NCBI GenBank assembly: GCA_965223865.1
Contig: OZ245020.1
Coordinates: 512,001-576,000 of the forward strand
DNA: 64,000 bases
Origin: Nitrosarchaeum sp.
GTDB taxonomy: Archaea; Thermoproteota; Nitrososphaeria; Nitrososphaerales; Nitrosopumilaceae
Direction: 5' to 3'
The position numbers and the translations under genes are program-made. Under the pieces are notes generated by a model. It saw only the letters and a list, made by a program, of their open reading frames with translations. It was not told where the DNA came from and made no database searches. This document shows positions 28,951-39,792 of the stretch, piece after piece; position 1 is the stretch's first letter, and the number at the start of each line of letters is the position of its first letter.

Positions 28951-29403
28951 ATGGCAAAGGTATACGACGTTCCGGCTGACGTATTAATTGGAAAACTGGC
29001 AGAGATTTTGAAGAATGAGGACATCCCTGCCCCATCTTGGATTCCATTTGTAAAAACTGGAGCTCATGCAGACAAGCCTCCTCAAGATAGAGAATGGTGG
29101 CATACTAGGTGTGCATCAATTTTGAGAAAAATTTACCTTCATGGTCCAATTGGAATAAATGAATTAAGAAAAGATTATGGTGGTGGTAAACCATCAGGAT
29201 ATGGTGCTGCTCATCACAAAGATGCAGGTGGTGCAATAATTCGAAATGCAATTCATGGGTTAGAAAAACTTGGTTATGTTGAAAAAGTTGAAAAGAAAGG
29301 CCGTGTTGTTTCAAAACAAGGAATGCAAAAACTAGACAGATTAGCAACAGAAATTCTTAGTGAGTTAGTAGCTGAAAATCCACAGCTAAAAGTCTACTCT
29401 TAG
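28951..29403 (+). CDS. rps19e: 30S ribosomal protein S19e
   Basis: VYDVPA, FVKTG, WWHTRCASILRKIY. Confidence 0.95.
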   Translation: MAKVYDVPADVLIGKLAEILKNEDIPAPSWIPFVKTGAHADKPPQDREWWHTRCASILRKIYLHGPIGINELRKDYGGGKPSGYGAAHHKDAGGAIIRNAIHGLEKLGYVEKVEKKGRVVSKQGMQKLDRLATEILSELVAENPQLKVYS

Positions 29404-29410
29404 ATTAAAA

Positions 29411-29692
29411 ATGAGTTCTCCTGAGTCTGATGATTTTCAGGAAAAACAAAATAGTCAAGATCTATCAGCACAAAAAGAACAGATTCTTAAACAAATTTTG
29501 GCACCTGGAGCAAGAATGAGATTAAATAACATCAAGATGGTAAAACCTGAACTTTCAGACCTTGTTGAACAATATCTAATCGGATTAGCTTCTCAAGGAA
29601 AAATGCACTCTCAAATCTCCGACGATCAACTCAAGCAAATCTTGCTTTCAATCCAACAACCTAAACGAGATTTTAAGATAAATCGAATATGA
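29411..29692 (+). CDS. PDCD5-like DNA-binding protein
   Basis: ARMRLNNIKMVKPE..VEQYLI; follows rps19e. Confidence 0.88.
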   Translation: MSSPESDDFQEKQNSQDLSAQKEQILKQILAPGARMRLNNIKMVKPELSDLVEQYLIGLASQGKMHSQISDDQLKQILLSIQQPKRDFKINRI

Positions 29693-29733
29693 TCTAAGAT
29701 AAAATATAATTATGGGCAAGGCTTCGAAAAAAT

Positions 29734-30813
29734 ATGAAAGCCGTAGTATACAATGAATACGCACCAGATGATAATTATGCTAAAATCCTCAAAGTCCAGG
29801 ATATAGATGAACCAAAACCTAAAGCTGATGAAGTCATTTTCACCAACAAGGCATCCGCCCTAAATTACAACGATATTTGGGGTATGAGAGGAGTTCCTGT
29901 TGCAGTTCCTCTTCCACACGTATCAGGCTCTGATGTTGCCGGTGATGTAATCGCAGTGGGTGAAGATGTCAAGAATTTCAAAGTGGGAGATAGAGTTGTA
30001 TCTCATTCTAATTTAGCATGCAGAGTATGTAAAGCATGTACAGACGGAAGAGAATTTGACTGTGTTAAGAGACAGGTTTGGGGATTCCAAACAGGACCTC
30101 TTTGGGGAGCTTATTCTGAACAGATTCATTTACCAGAAGTCAACGTTTCAAAAATTCCAGACAATCTGTCATATGATGAAGCAGCAGCTGCATCCATGAC
30201 TATTCTTACGGCATGGCACATGCTTGTAGGTCGTGCAAAGATCACCCCAGGACAAACTGTCCTAATCATGGGTGGTGGTTCTGGTGTTGGAAGCTTTGGA
30301 ATTCAAATCGCAAAGTTATACCAATGTGATGTTATTGCAACTGCAAGTCCAGACAAACTGGATAAATGTTTAGAACTTGGTGCAGATTATGCAGTAGACC
30401 ACAGAAAAGACGACTGGAGCAAAGAAGTTTTCAAGATCTCCAAAGAAATTGCCAAAACAAAAGGTGAAGCACCTGGAATTGATGTTACATTTGATCATAT
30501 TGGTGAAACTCACTTCAACAAGCAACTAACATTACTCAAGTATGGTGCATCTCTTGTCTCATGTGGTGCTACCACAGGTTATGACGCAAAAATAGATCTT
30601 AGACACATATTCTTCAAAGGAATTAACGTCTTAGGCTCAACACAAGGAACAAAAGCCGAACTTGATCAAGGCTTGTATTGGATGGGTCAAGGAAAGATTA
30701 AGGCTGCCATTGACTCTGTCTATACATTTGAGCAAGCAGCAGAGGCACATACTAAGATGGTGACCGGAAAAGGTCTCTTTGGCAAAATCTTAATGAAGCC
30801 AGAGGGCGCTTAG
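29734..30813 (+). CDS. MDR-family zinc-binding oxidoreductase (candidate acryloyl-CoA reductase-like)
   Basis: LNYND, GSDVAG, structural Zn CRVCKAC..C, GGGSGVG. Confidence 0.85.
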   Translation: MKAVVYNEYAPDDNYAKILKVQDIDEPKPKADEVIFTNKASALNYNDIWGMRGVPVAVPLPHVSGSDVAGDVIAVGEDVKNFKVGDRVVSHSNLACRVCKACTDGREFDCVKRQVWGFQTGPLWGAYSEQIHLPEVNVSKIPDNLSYDEAAAASMTILTAWHMLVGRAKITPGQTVLIMGGGSGVGSFGIQIAKLYQCDVIATASPDKLDKCLELGADYAVDHRKDDWSKEVFKISKEIAKTKGEAPGIDVTFDHIGETHFNKQLTLLKYGASLVSCGATTGYDAKIDLRHIFFKGINVLGSTQGTKAELDQGLYWMGQGKIKAAIDSVYTFEQAAEAHTKMVTGKGLFGKILMKPEGA

Positions 30814-30820
30814 TCATTTA

Positions 30821-31675
30821 ATGACACAGCTTTTCCGGAGTCTCATTTTTGTTCCAGGGAACAATTCTAGATTCCTAGAAAAAGCTAAAACCCTCAAAGC
30901 AGACATTGTATGTTTTGATTTGGAGGATTCAGTTCCAGATTCAGAAAAAAGAAATGCCAGACAACTAATCAAGACTGCACTGAAATCTCGTTCATCTTAT
31001 TTGTCCTCAATTTTTGTTAGAACAAATTCCCCCTTTTCAGGTAGAATACCTGATGATCTTAAAGAAATTATACAAAAAGGAATTGATGGAATTGTCGTAC
31101 CAAAAGTTAACAATGTTACAGAGATGAAAAAAATTGAAAAAATTATTTCAAAATTAGAAAAATCAAGAAAATTAAAACCAATACAAGTTATTCCATCAAT
31201 CGAGTCAGCTGAAGGTGTCGTCAATACCTACAATATTGCTTCATTTAGCAAACGAGTTTCCGCAATTGTGTTTGGTGTTTTTGATCTATTAAATGATCTA
31301 GGAATTGAATATACAAAAAATCCTGAAGGTGGGAAATATTCTCGTTCAAAGATACCTGTTGATGCAAAAGCAGTAGGCATTGCATCTATTGATGCAATTT
31401 GGCAAGACCTTAAAGATCTTAAAGGTTTGGAAAAAGATTGTAAAATTGGAAAAAGTTTAGGTTATACTGGAAAAAGCATTATACATCCAGACCAAATTGA
31501 AATAACTCATAAAATATTTCATCCGACCAAAACTGAAATCCTGTGGGCAGAAAAAGTTTGCCAGACATACGAGAAATCTATCAAAAAAGGAAAGGGCGCA
31601 ACTACAATAGAAGGAAAAATGATTGATGAGGTTCATTACAAGCAAGCCAAAGCCGTTCTTGAATTAGTAAAATAA
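30821..31675 (+). CDS. CoA ester lyase (CitE/HpcH family)
   Basis: RSLIFVPG, DLEDSV, GKSIIHPDQ, GKMIDEVH. Confidence 0.9.
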   Translation: MTQLFRSLIFVPGNNSRFLEKAKTLKADIVCFDLEDSVPDSEKRNARQLIKTALKSRSSYLSSIFVRTNSPFSGRIPDDLKEIIQKGIDGIVVPKVNNVTEMKKIEKIISKLEKSRKLKPIQVIPSIESAEGVVNTYNIASFSKRVSAIVFGVFDLLNDLGIEYTKNPEGGKYSRSKIPVDAKAVGIASIDAIWQDLKDLKGLEKDCKIGKSLGYTGKSIIHPDQIEITHKIFHPTKTEILWAEKVCQTYEKSIKKGKGATTIEGKMIDEVHYKQAKAVLELVK

Positions 31676-31887
31676 TTTAACTTGAAATTTTAGCTATAGA
31701 TATATCCAAAAATTGATAGTCTAAATTTGAATATATTTTTAAATTAAATTTCAAAAAATATACTTCTATAGATACAGACTCTGGTTGTTATCTTGTCTTT
31801 AATAGAATAGAATAAAGGCAATAAAATTCTATTATTTTATGATTAAAACTGATAAATCTACTTGATCCAACTGCAATTATTACTAGA

Positions 31888-32556
31888 ATGTTTGAAGCAG
31901 AAAAATATGATGACATGCTAGTTTATTGTAAAAAACTACTTGAAAACAACCCTGAAGATATGCTTGGTCTTCAAAACACTGCTTTGTCTTTATTATATCT
32001 AGAAAGATTTGATGAAGCAATTATTTATGCTGATAAAGTTTTAGAAATAAAAAATTCTGACATCTACGCATTAAAAAATAAAATCTATGCACTTGAAAAA
32101 TTAAAAAAATACCAAGAAGCAATAGATTGCTGCAAACAAATTCTTGAAATTTCTAAAGATGATATTTGGACTTTGAACAGCATAGGTTTGTCACTAAATA
32201 AATTGGATAGACATGATGATGCCATCAGTTATTATGATATGGTATTAAAATTAGATGAACATGATATTACAGCACTGATGAATAAGGCTATCTCACTTGA
32301 TCATTTAGAAAAAATTAAAGAATCAATAGAATATTATGACAAAGCACAGATATCAGATCCTAAATCAAAGGAAGCCTCTATTGCAAAATCAAAGGCATTT
32401 CAAAAACTAGGTCTAGACGATGAGGCATTTTTAGCTGCTCAAGGAGTTCTGTTAAAGGATATGGAAAAAATCAAAATTGATGCAAAAAATAACAAATGTA
32501 CAGTATTTCATCAATTCTGTGAAAATGAATTTGCATATTTAGAATCTAAAAAATAA
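31888..32556 (+). CDS. TPR repeat protein
   Basis: repeated A...YD..L..D helical pairs. Confidence 0.85.
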   Translation: MFEAEKYDDMLVYCKKLLENNPEDMLGLQNTALSLLYLERFDEAIIYADKVLEIKNSDIYALKNKIYALEKLKKYQEAIDCCKQILEISKDDIWTLNSIGLSLNKLDRHDDAISYYDMVLKLDEHDITALMNKAISLDHLEKIKESIEYYDKAQISDPKSKEASIAKSKAFQKLGLDDEAFLAAQGVLLKDMEKIKIDAKNNKCTVFHQFCENEFAYLESKK

Positions 32557-32607
32557 TTTTATTGTCCAACTAAATCAATTTATAAAAGAATTTTTCAAAA
32601 AAAAACA

Positions 32608-33192
32608 ATGTTTACTGGAATTGTTGAAGGAATAGGAAAAGTAGAAAAAATAACAAAAAATACCAAAAATAGAAGTGCAATACAAATGACGGTAAATCTT
32701 GGCAAGCATTCAAAAGGATTGAAAATTGGACAGAGTGTTGCTCTAAATGGAGTTTGCCTTACTGTTACAAAATTATCAAAACCTAACTGCATTTTTGAGA
32801 TGATTGAAGAAACTACCAAGAAAACTGATCTTGGTAATCTTAAACCAGGAGGAATTGTAAATATTGAACGGAGTTTAAAGGCAGGAGATAGACTTGAAGG
32901 ACATTTTGTATTAGGTCATGTTGACGGAGTGGGAATAATAAAGAAAATCCAAAAGAAACCAAAAGAAGTTCAAGTTTGGTTTGAAGTTCCAAAAAGTTTA
33001 GCAAAATATGTTGTTAAAAAGGGTTCAATTGCATTTGATGGAATTAGTTTAACAGTGGTAGATGTAAAAAATAATCTTGCATCTGTTTGCTTAATTCCAC
33101 ATACAATTGAGATCACAAACTTTCAAACAAAGAAAGTAGGCGACAAAGTTAATATTGAAACTGACATTCTTGGCAAATACATTCTAAAATAA
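32608..33192 (+). CDS. ribE: riboflavin synthase (bacterial-type alpha chain)
   Basis: MFTGIVE, NGVCLTV, GHFVLGHVDG, DGISLTV. Confidence 0.93.
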   Translation: MFTGIVEGIGKVEKITKNTKNRSAIQMTVNLGKHSKGLKIGQSVALNGVCLTVTKLSKPNCIFEMIEETTKKTDLGNLKPGGIVNIERSLKAGDRLEGHFVLGHVDGVGIIKKIQKKPKEVQVWFEVPKSLAKYVVKKGSIAFDGISLTVVDVKNNLASVCLIPHTIEITNFQTKKVGDKVNIETDILGKYILK

Positions 33193-33272
33193 AATCTATA
33201 ATCTACTACTTCTTTAGTAATTACAATAATTTTAGTAAACTTTATAATCTGTTCAAAGTCGATTTTTCATAC

Positions 33273-33938
33273 ATGTCACTTGAATCTGGTCTTCAATCAT
33301 TAAAAAGAGGAGAATTTGTATTACTATTTGATTCTGCAGGCCGAGAAAATGAAATTGATATGGTGGTGGCAGCAGAATTTGTTACACCAGAACATGTAGC
33401 TAGAATGAGACAACATGCTGGAGGTCTTTTATGTATTGCAGTGGACAATAATTTTGCAAATTCATTAGATTTAAGATACATGCACGAGATTTTGGCTAAT
33501 TCTGACATTTCAACCAAAGAAATGATTATGGGCTTGGCACCTTATGGTGATCATCCGACATTTTCAATTTCTGTAAATCACTATCAAACTTATACTGGAA
33601 TTACAGACAAGGACAGATCATTGACCATTAGGGAATTGGCCAATATTTATAATGTTGATAATCAAAAGAAAAAGTTTGTTTCATCTTTTAAAACTCCAGG
33701 ACATATTCCATTACTTATTGCATCTAAAGGATTATTAAATACTAGACAAGGTCATACTGAAATGTCAGTTTACCTTGCTCAAACTGCTAACTTGACTCCA
33801 GTTACTGCTATTTGTGAAATGATGGATGCTGAAACCTATGCCGCATTATCTATAGAAAAGGCAGAAAAATATGCAAAACAAAATGGAATTCCATTGATTG
33901 ATGGAAAAGAACTTTTAGAATACGCAAAGGTGCATTAA
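33273..33938 (+). CDS. ribB: 3,4-dihydroxy-2-butanone 4-phosphate synthase
   Basis: RENEIDMV, TGITDKDR, RQGHTE, ICEMM. Confidence 0.93.
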   Translation: MSLESGLQSLKRGEFVLLFDSAGRENEIDMVVAAEFVTPEHVARMRQHAGGLLCIAVDNNFANSLDLRYMHEILANSDISTKEMIMGLAPYGDHPTFSISVNHYQTYTGITDKDRSLTIRELANIYNVDNQKKKFVSSFKTPGHIPLLIASKGLLNTRQGHTEMSVYLAQTANLTPVTAICEMMDAETYAALSIEKAEKYAKQNGIPLIDGKELLEYAKVH

Positions 33939-33940
33939 CT

Positions 33941-34357
33941 TTGAATATTGCTGTAGTGGTTTCGGAATTTAATGAAGAAGTGACGTCTAGAATGCTTTTA
34001 GTAGCTCAAGAAAAAGCAAAAAAAATGAAATTAAAAATCAAACATACATGTAATGTTCCAGGTGCTTATGATATGCCTATAATTGTGGATGCGTTATTAC
34101 AAAAAAAGTATATTGACGGTGTAATCACATTAGGTGCAATCATTAAAGGACAAACAAAACACGATGAAGTAATTGCAAATTCAACTGCTCAGGCATTAAC
34201 TAATCTTTCCTTAAAATATCAAAAACCTGTCTCATTAGGAATTACTGGACCTGGAATGCAAGAAAGACATGCATATGCTAGAATACGTCCGGTAGCTGAA
34301 AGAGCAGTTGAGGCTATTGTAAAGATTTCAGATGAATTAGATCGGATTCAGAAATGA
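33941..34357 (+). CDS. ribH: 6,7-dimethyl-8-ribityllumazine synthase
   Basis: VVSEFN, VPGAYDMP, LGAIIKGQTKH. Confidence 0.93.
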   Translation: MNIAVVVSEFNEEVTSRMLLVAQEKAKKMKLKIKHTCNVPGAYDMPIIVDALLQKKYIDGVITLGAIIKGQTKHDEVIANSTAQALTNLSLKYQKPVSLGITGPGMQERHAYARIRPVAERAVEAIVKISDELDRIQK

Positions 34358-35103
34358 TTCAGATAAGCATTTTGAAAATTAATGGATATGGACCTTGGAC
34401 CCTTACTCTAGGAAGTGATAGAGAGCATGAACTACAAATGCTTCAGGCATCATTATACAAGGAGATTCAGAGATTATTTTCAGAAAATAATTGCCTAGTT
34501 TTCTTAAATAGATCTGATGAATTTTTTGTAGTCTCAAATGGTCTAGGATTAGATGAACACATAAAAATCCAAAAATCACTAGAAAAATCTTTTGATATTC
34601 GACTTTCAATATCTATTGGATATGGAGATTCCCCATTTGCAGCTAATCTAAAAGCTTATGATGGAAAAAAAAATGAAATCATTCTCAGTAAAGAACACAA
34701 TATTTTTGGTTATCTCACCAAATCTCCACTATCAGTTTCTATAATGCATCTTGATGTAGATGATCTTACATCCCAAAGAAAAACAAACTCTCCATATGAG
34801 ATTTCCTCAATAATCTTTAGTCTTTATTCAAAAATGTCAAAATATTTTATAGAAAAAAATTCTTTGACATTTTACGTGGGTGGAGATAATTTTATGGTTG
34901 TTGCAAGTGAGGAGGGAAAAAATTCAGTTAAGGAGTTTATTGAATCTGCAAAAAATGAAGATCAAATAATTTTGAATTGTGGAATTGGAAATGCTAAAAC
35001 TGCCAGAGAAGCTGTTAAACTTGCCACAAAATCTCTTGATACGATAAGAGAAATTAGAGATTCAGGTAAAGAAAAGCCTGATGTTTATGAATTATCATGT
35101 TGA
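34354..35103 (+). CDS. gch3: GTP cyclohydrolase IIa (III)
   Basis: GYGPWTLTLGSDREHELQMLQ, FYVGGDNFM. Confidence 0.9.
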   Translation: MIQISILKINGYGPWTLTLGSDREHELQMLQASLYKEIQRLFSENNCLVFLNRSDEFFVVSNGLGLDEHIKIQKSLEKSFDIRLSISIGYGDSPFAANLKAYDGKKNEIILSKEHNIFGYLTKSPLSVSIMHLDVDDLTSQRKTNSPYEISSIIFSLYSKMSKYFIEKNSLTFYVGGDNFMVVASEEGKNSVKEFIESAKNEDQIILNCGIGNAKTAREAVKLATKSLDTIREIRDSGKEKPDVYELSC

Positions 35104-36287
35104 TAAAAAATGCAAGTATTCTGTTAGGAAAAGAATTAGACTTTATTTCAAATACTAACATAAAGATTCAAAATAATAGATTCAAACGAATTCAACCAAA
35201 AATTAGAGCTAGTTCCAAAGAAGAAATTATTGATGTTGAAGGTTTATTGATAATTCCTGGCTTTGTAAATTGTCATACTCATATTGGTGATTCCATTGGA
35301 AAAGATGTTACACTAAATACATCGGTGAATAAAAAAATTCATCCTGTTTTTGGAGCAAAATCAAAAATTCTCAATAAAACTAACAAAGAAATTCTTGGAA
35401 GCTTTATGAAAAATTCATGTAATTCTATGTTAACAAAAGGAATTACTACTTTTGTTGATTTTAGAGAGGGAGGCATAGATGGTGTATTACTTCTTAAAGA
35501 AATACTGAAAAAATCTCCAATACGCTCAATAGTTCTTGGTAGACTAGATTATTACCAAAATCCCAATGAAATACGAAAAAATATCTCCTTGCCTAAATCA
35601 AAGCTACAAAATCTTGAAGAATTACTAAAAAAATGTGATGGCCTTGGAATCAGCGGAGCCAATGAAAACAGTACATCCGTGTTAAATCAGTATTCAAAAA
35701 CATCAAAAATTAGAGCAATTCATGCCTCTGAAACTAAACAAAGCGTTTTAGCGTCAAAGAAAATGACTCGAAAATCAGAAACCATACGTGCCTTGACCCT
35801 AAAACCTCATTTTCTAATACACATGACTTATGCTTCTTTAGGAGATCTACATGCCGCATCAAAGAGAACTAGAGGCATAGTAATTTGTCCTAGAGCAAAT
35901 GCCTCTCTAGCAGAAGGAATTCCAGATATTGAATTGATGAAAAAAGCTGGTTGTACTTTAGCATTGGGCACAGACAACGTTATGGTTAATTCTCCTGATA
36001 TGTTCAGAGAAATGGATTATCTGTGGAAAGCAACTATGGCAATTCACAAAAAAAGAATCAATCCAAAAGAAATTCTAAAAATGGCTACAGTAAATGGTGG
36101 AAAACTTTTGAGAAAAGATATTGGTGTAATAGAAAATGGAAAACTTGCAGATGGTATATTTATTGAAAAACATTCACTAGACTTGGAACCTATGCATAAT
36201 CCTCATGCCTCAATTGTACATAGAGCTTCACAATCAACAATTCGTGCAGTAATGATAGGAGGCAAAATAGTTCATGGACAAATCTAA
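35097..36287 (+). CDS. metal-dependent amidohydrolase/deaminase
   Basis: PGFVNCHTHIGD, IHASE, LGTDN. Confidence 0.88.
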   Translation: MLIKNASILLGKELDFISNTNIKIQNNRFKRIQPKIRASSKEEIIDVEGLLIIPGFVNCHTHIGDSIGKDVTLNTSVNKKIHPVFGAKSKILNKTNKEILGSFMKNSCNSMLTKGITTFVDFREGGIDGVLLLKEILKKSPIRSIVLGRLDYYQNPNEIRKNISLPKSKLQNLEELLKKCDGLGISGANENSTSVLNQYSKTSKIRAIHASETKQSVLASKKMTRKSETIRALTLKPHFLIHMTYASLGDLHAASKRTRGIVICPRANASLAEGIPDIELMKKAGCTLALGTDNVMVNSPDMFREMDYLWKATMAIHKKRINPKEILKMATVNGGKLLRKDIGVIENGKLADGIFIEKHSLDLEPMHNPHASIVHRASQSTIRAVMIGGKIVHGQI

Positions 36288-36930
36288 CTTGCACATTATT
36301 CTTAGCGCAGCCATTTCTTTAGATGGAAAAATTGCAACCTATGCTGGTGATTCAAAATTATCTTCAAAAAAAGATATTATTAGATTACACAAACTTCGTT
36401 CAAAAGTTGATGCAATTCTAATTGGAAAAAATACTGTAATTAAAGACAATCCATTACTTACTGTAAGATTTTCAAAAGGAAAAAATCCAGTTCGCGTTGT
36501 ACTTGATTCTCAGGGAAAAATTTCTGAAAAATCCAAAATCCTTCAGACATCAAATAAAATACCTACAATAATTGCTGTTTCAAAAAAAATCAGTCCAGAA
36601 AATTTAAAAAATTTAAAAAAATTTCCTGTTGATATTATTGTTTCTGGAAAAAAAACAATCAACATAAAATCTCTAATTAAAGAACTTGAAAAAAGAGGAA
36701 TTCAAACCATTCTTGTAGAAGGTGGTGGAACAATTAATTGGCAATTTATCAAAGATAATTTGTTTAATGAAATATTTCTAACTATATCTCCCTTTATTAT
36801 CGGAGGAGTTAATGCAATATCTTTGGTTCAAGGAAAAGGATTTAAAAAAATTATAAACTCACCTAAACTCAAATTAGATTCCATAAAGAGACTTGAAAAT
36901 TACCTTGTTTTACATTATATCAAAGTGTAA
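36274..36930 (+). CDS. 2,5-diamino-6-ribosylamino-4(3H)-pyrimidinone 5'-phosphate reductase (RibD C-terminal type)
   Basis: SLDGKIA, DNPLLT, LVEGGG. Confidence 0.9.
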   Translation: MDKSNLHIILSAAISLDGKIATYAGDSKLSSKKDIIRLHKLRSKVDAILIGKNTVIKDNPLLTVRFSKGKNPVRVVLDSQGKISEKSKILQTSNKIPTIIAVSKKISPENLKNLKKFPVDIIVSGKKTINIKSLIKELEKRGIQTILVEGGGTINWQFIKDNLFNEIFLTISPFIIGGVNAISLVQGKGFKKIINSPKLKLDSIKRLENYLVLHYIKV

Positions 36931-36966
36931 GTTATTATACTTAATTTAGAATAAAACTACAAGAAA

Positions 36967-37239
36967 TTGGTAGTAAAAAAGAAATCTCTAACAAAGAAAA
37001 AAGTTGCAGCAAAAAGAAAAACTGTATCTAAGGTTACAAGAAAAAAAATGGTAACAAGTCAAAAACAAAATCAACTAAATCTAGCTTCTAACAAAAAAGC
37101 ATTTGGAGGTTATGCAATTAGTTTTGCAGGACGAAAAGAAACTATTGAACAAGTTTTTGGTAAGAAACCTATTGCACCAAGTGAAATGACCAAAAAGATC
37201 TGGACATTTGTTAAAGAAAACAGTCTTTCAAACCGTTAA
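36967..37239 (+). CDS. Lys-rich protein with partial SWIB-like domain
   Basis: basic N-tail; EQVFGKKPIAPSEMTKKIWTFVKENSL. Confidence 0.65.
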   Translation: MVVKKKSLTKKKVAAKRKTVSKVTRKKMVTSQKQNQLNLASNKKAFGGYAISFAGRKETIEQVFGKKPIAPSEMTKKIWTFVKENSLSNR

Positions 37240-37331
37240 AAAATCAGTTAACGATTTATTCGTTAACTAATTTTATCTCTTTTAGCTAAATTAAAAAAAG
37301 ATATAGATATGTCACCTTTGTCGTAAGTAAT

Positions 37332-37889
37332 ATGTCAACTGCATCATTACGAAAGGATCATGATCTTATTGAAAAGGTCATTAAAGCTATGGAGTCCACA
37401 ATTGAATTATTAACTAATAATAAACAAATTCCGGAATCTATTTTATTACCTGTAATCGATTTTTCAAAAAACTTTACTGATGTATGCCATCATAGCAAAG
37501 AAGAGAACTCATTGTTTCCTGCTCTTGAACAAGCAGGAATGCCAAGAAACATGGGGCCTATTGCTATGATGTTAATGGATCATGAACGCTCAAGAGAAAT
37601 TGGAAAACATATGGAAGAATCAGCAAGAGAATATCTTTCTTCTGGAAATTCTGAAAATCTGATTAATGATATGAAACAATATGTTGAACATATTATAGAA
37701 CATTTGTGGAAAGAAAACAATAGATTATTTATGATGGCCGAAGCTCGTTTACAATACGTTTCTGAAAAAGTCGATAAAGAACTTAATGAAATTGAACAAG
37801 CTAAACTCAAGGAGACTGGAAAAACCCGAGAGCATTATGAAAAACTAGTTGAAGACTTAACAAGAGATGTTTCTGAACAAGGATCCTAA
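37332..37889 (+). CDS. hemerythrin-domain protein
   Basis: DHDLI, HHSKEENSLFP, DHE, HLWKENNRLF. Confidence 0.9.
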   Translation: MSTASLRKDHDLIEKVIKAMESTIELLTNNKQIPESILLPVIDFSKNFTDVCHHSKEENSLFPALEQAGMPRNMGPIAMMLMDHERSREIGKHMEESAREYLSSGNSENLINDMKQYVEHIIEHLWKENNRLFMMAEARLQYVSEKVDKELNEIEQAKLKETGKTREHYEKLVEDLTRDVSEQGS

Positions 37890-38227
37890 GTTTGCCTCAG
37901 TATTTTTGGTCAGGTATTAGGTGTAAGAAAATAAGCAAATGACGATATAGAGGTCGATTTTTGTCACTAAGATGAAAATTACATAGTATCGATATTCACT
38001 AGATCCTAAAAAATTGAGCAATTTTCCAAAATAACTGGTTGAAACTCTGGATACCTTAACATCAGATATCTGTGTTGAGATATATTTTGGAGAAGATGAA
38101 AATTTAAGTCATATGGAATTAGAAGCAGTGATTATGATAGTGAAGATGAAGAACTTGACTATGAATAATCTTCTCAAAATTCAAAATTTTGAATATTTTT
38201 AGAGACTTTTTATGGTATTGTAGAAAA

Positions 38228-39619
38228 TTATTCTACATAGTGATGATGTGTCAAATTATCATAAAATCTCACAGACTTTATGTTTACAAACTCCAGCATT
38301 CCATATCTTGATAGTTCTCTTCCAAACCCACTATGTTTAATACCACCAAATGGAATTCTTGGATCTGAAATCACTACATTATTCACACTAACAATTCCAG
38401 ATTCAATACGTCTTGACATTTTTCCTGCTTTTCCAAGATCTTTTGTCCAAATACTTGCACCCAAACCAAATTCAATATCATTTGCAAGCTTGATTGCTTC
38501 ACTCTCATTTTCAACTACGGTAATTGGAGCTACTGGACCGAATGTTTCTTCCTTTGCTATTCGCATATTTGGTTTAATGTTTGTAAGAATGGTAGGTTGA
38601 TAAAAATATCCCTCCCCATCAATTTTAGAACCTCCTAAAAGAATTTCAGCTCCTTTTTCTTTTGCATCTTCTACAATTTCAGATATGGTATCTAAGCTTT
38701 CTTTACTTGACAGCGGACCTAAATCAGTCTCTATTGATGTGGGGTCTCCTACTTTTAGTTGAGATGCTTTTTTAATAAATAATTCAATAAAGTTTTCAGC
38801 AATATTTTTTCCAACAAAAAACCTTTTTGATGCAACACAACTTTGTCCACAATTGATGAATCTTCCTTTAACTGCTCCTTCAGCTGCCTTCTCAATTATT
38901 GCATCATCAAGTACAATGAAAGGATCACTTCCTCCAAGTTCTAAAACACACTTTTTTAGATTCATAGCAGCGCGTTCACCGACCTTAGCTCCTGCATTCG
39001 TGCTTCCTGTAAAAGTTACGGCATTTACTTCAGAATCAATAAGATGATTTGCTGAATCTACACTACCTACAACTGTCTGAAATATACCATCTGGAATTCC
39101 TGCTTCTGCAAAGGCTTTTTCAATTTCTATGCCTGATTGTAAAGTGATTCTTGATGGTTTCATTACTATTACATTGCCTGCCATCAAGCATGGTGCTGCA
39201 AATCGTAAAGCTTGCCAATATGGAAAATTCCATGGCATAATTGAGCCAATAATTCCAAGTGGCTCAAAAGTCAGGAAACTTTTTCTTGCATCTGTATTTA
39301 GAACTTCATCTGAGAGAAAACTATCTCCATGATCAGCATAAAATTCTAAAGCCCATGCACATTTTTCAACTTCGCCAATTGACTCTTTAAGGGCTTTACC
39401 CATTTCATCTGTAGCTATTTTTGCCAGTTCAGTTTTGTTCTTTTTTAAATATTCAACTAAATTGTAAACATAACTCCTTCGTTTCTCATAATCCTTTTTC
39501 CACTCTGGAAATGCTCTCTTCGCTTTTCCCACCATTTGAAAAACTTGATCTCTATTCATTGCATCATATTTTGCAATTTCTTCTCCTGTTGCAGGATTTA
39601 CTGTTGCTATTTGACTCAA
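38228..39619 (-). CDS. NAD(P)-dependent aldehyde (succinate-semialdehyde) dehydrogenase
   Basis: PWNFP, FTGS, LELGGSD, GQSC, EETFGP. Confidence 0.92.
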   Translation of the reverse strand: MSQIATVNPATGEEIAKYDAMNRDQVFQMVGKAKRAFPEWKKDYEKRRSYVYNLVEYLKKNKTELAKIATDEMGKALKESIGEVEKCAWALEFYADHGDSFLSDEVLNTDARKSFLTFEPLGIIGSIMPWNFPYWQALRFAAPCLMAGNVIVMKPSRITLQSGIEIEKAFAEAGIPDGIFQTVVGSVDSANHLIDSEVNAVTFTGSTNAGAKVGERAAMNLKKCVLELGGSDPFIVLDDAIIEKAAEGAVKGRFINCGQSCVASKRFFVGKNIAENFIELFIKKASQLKVGDPTSIETDLGPLSSKESLDTISEIVEDAKEKGAEILLGGSKIDGEGYFYQPTILTNIKPNMRIAKEETFGPVAPITVVENESEAIKLANDIEFGLGASIWTKDLGKAGKMSRRIESGIVSVNNVVISDPRIPFGGIKHSGFGRELSRYGMLEFVNIKSVRFYDNLTHHHYVE

Positions 39620-39792
39620 GGATCAAACAAAATATTACTCCATATTTAATTTAGTACCCTCGTTTTCAACTTTTTAGAATACTTTGAAATCATTTCTACA
39701 TTTGGGTTTCTTTTAATTAGGTTACAAGTTAGTTATGGATTTCTCAGTCATAGTAATTACAACTGATTTCTAATTAACATATTTTGCAATTA

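Noticed and set aside
37890-38227. Degraded ORF remnant
   Set aside because: Coding-like patches with stops but no recognisable family
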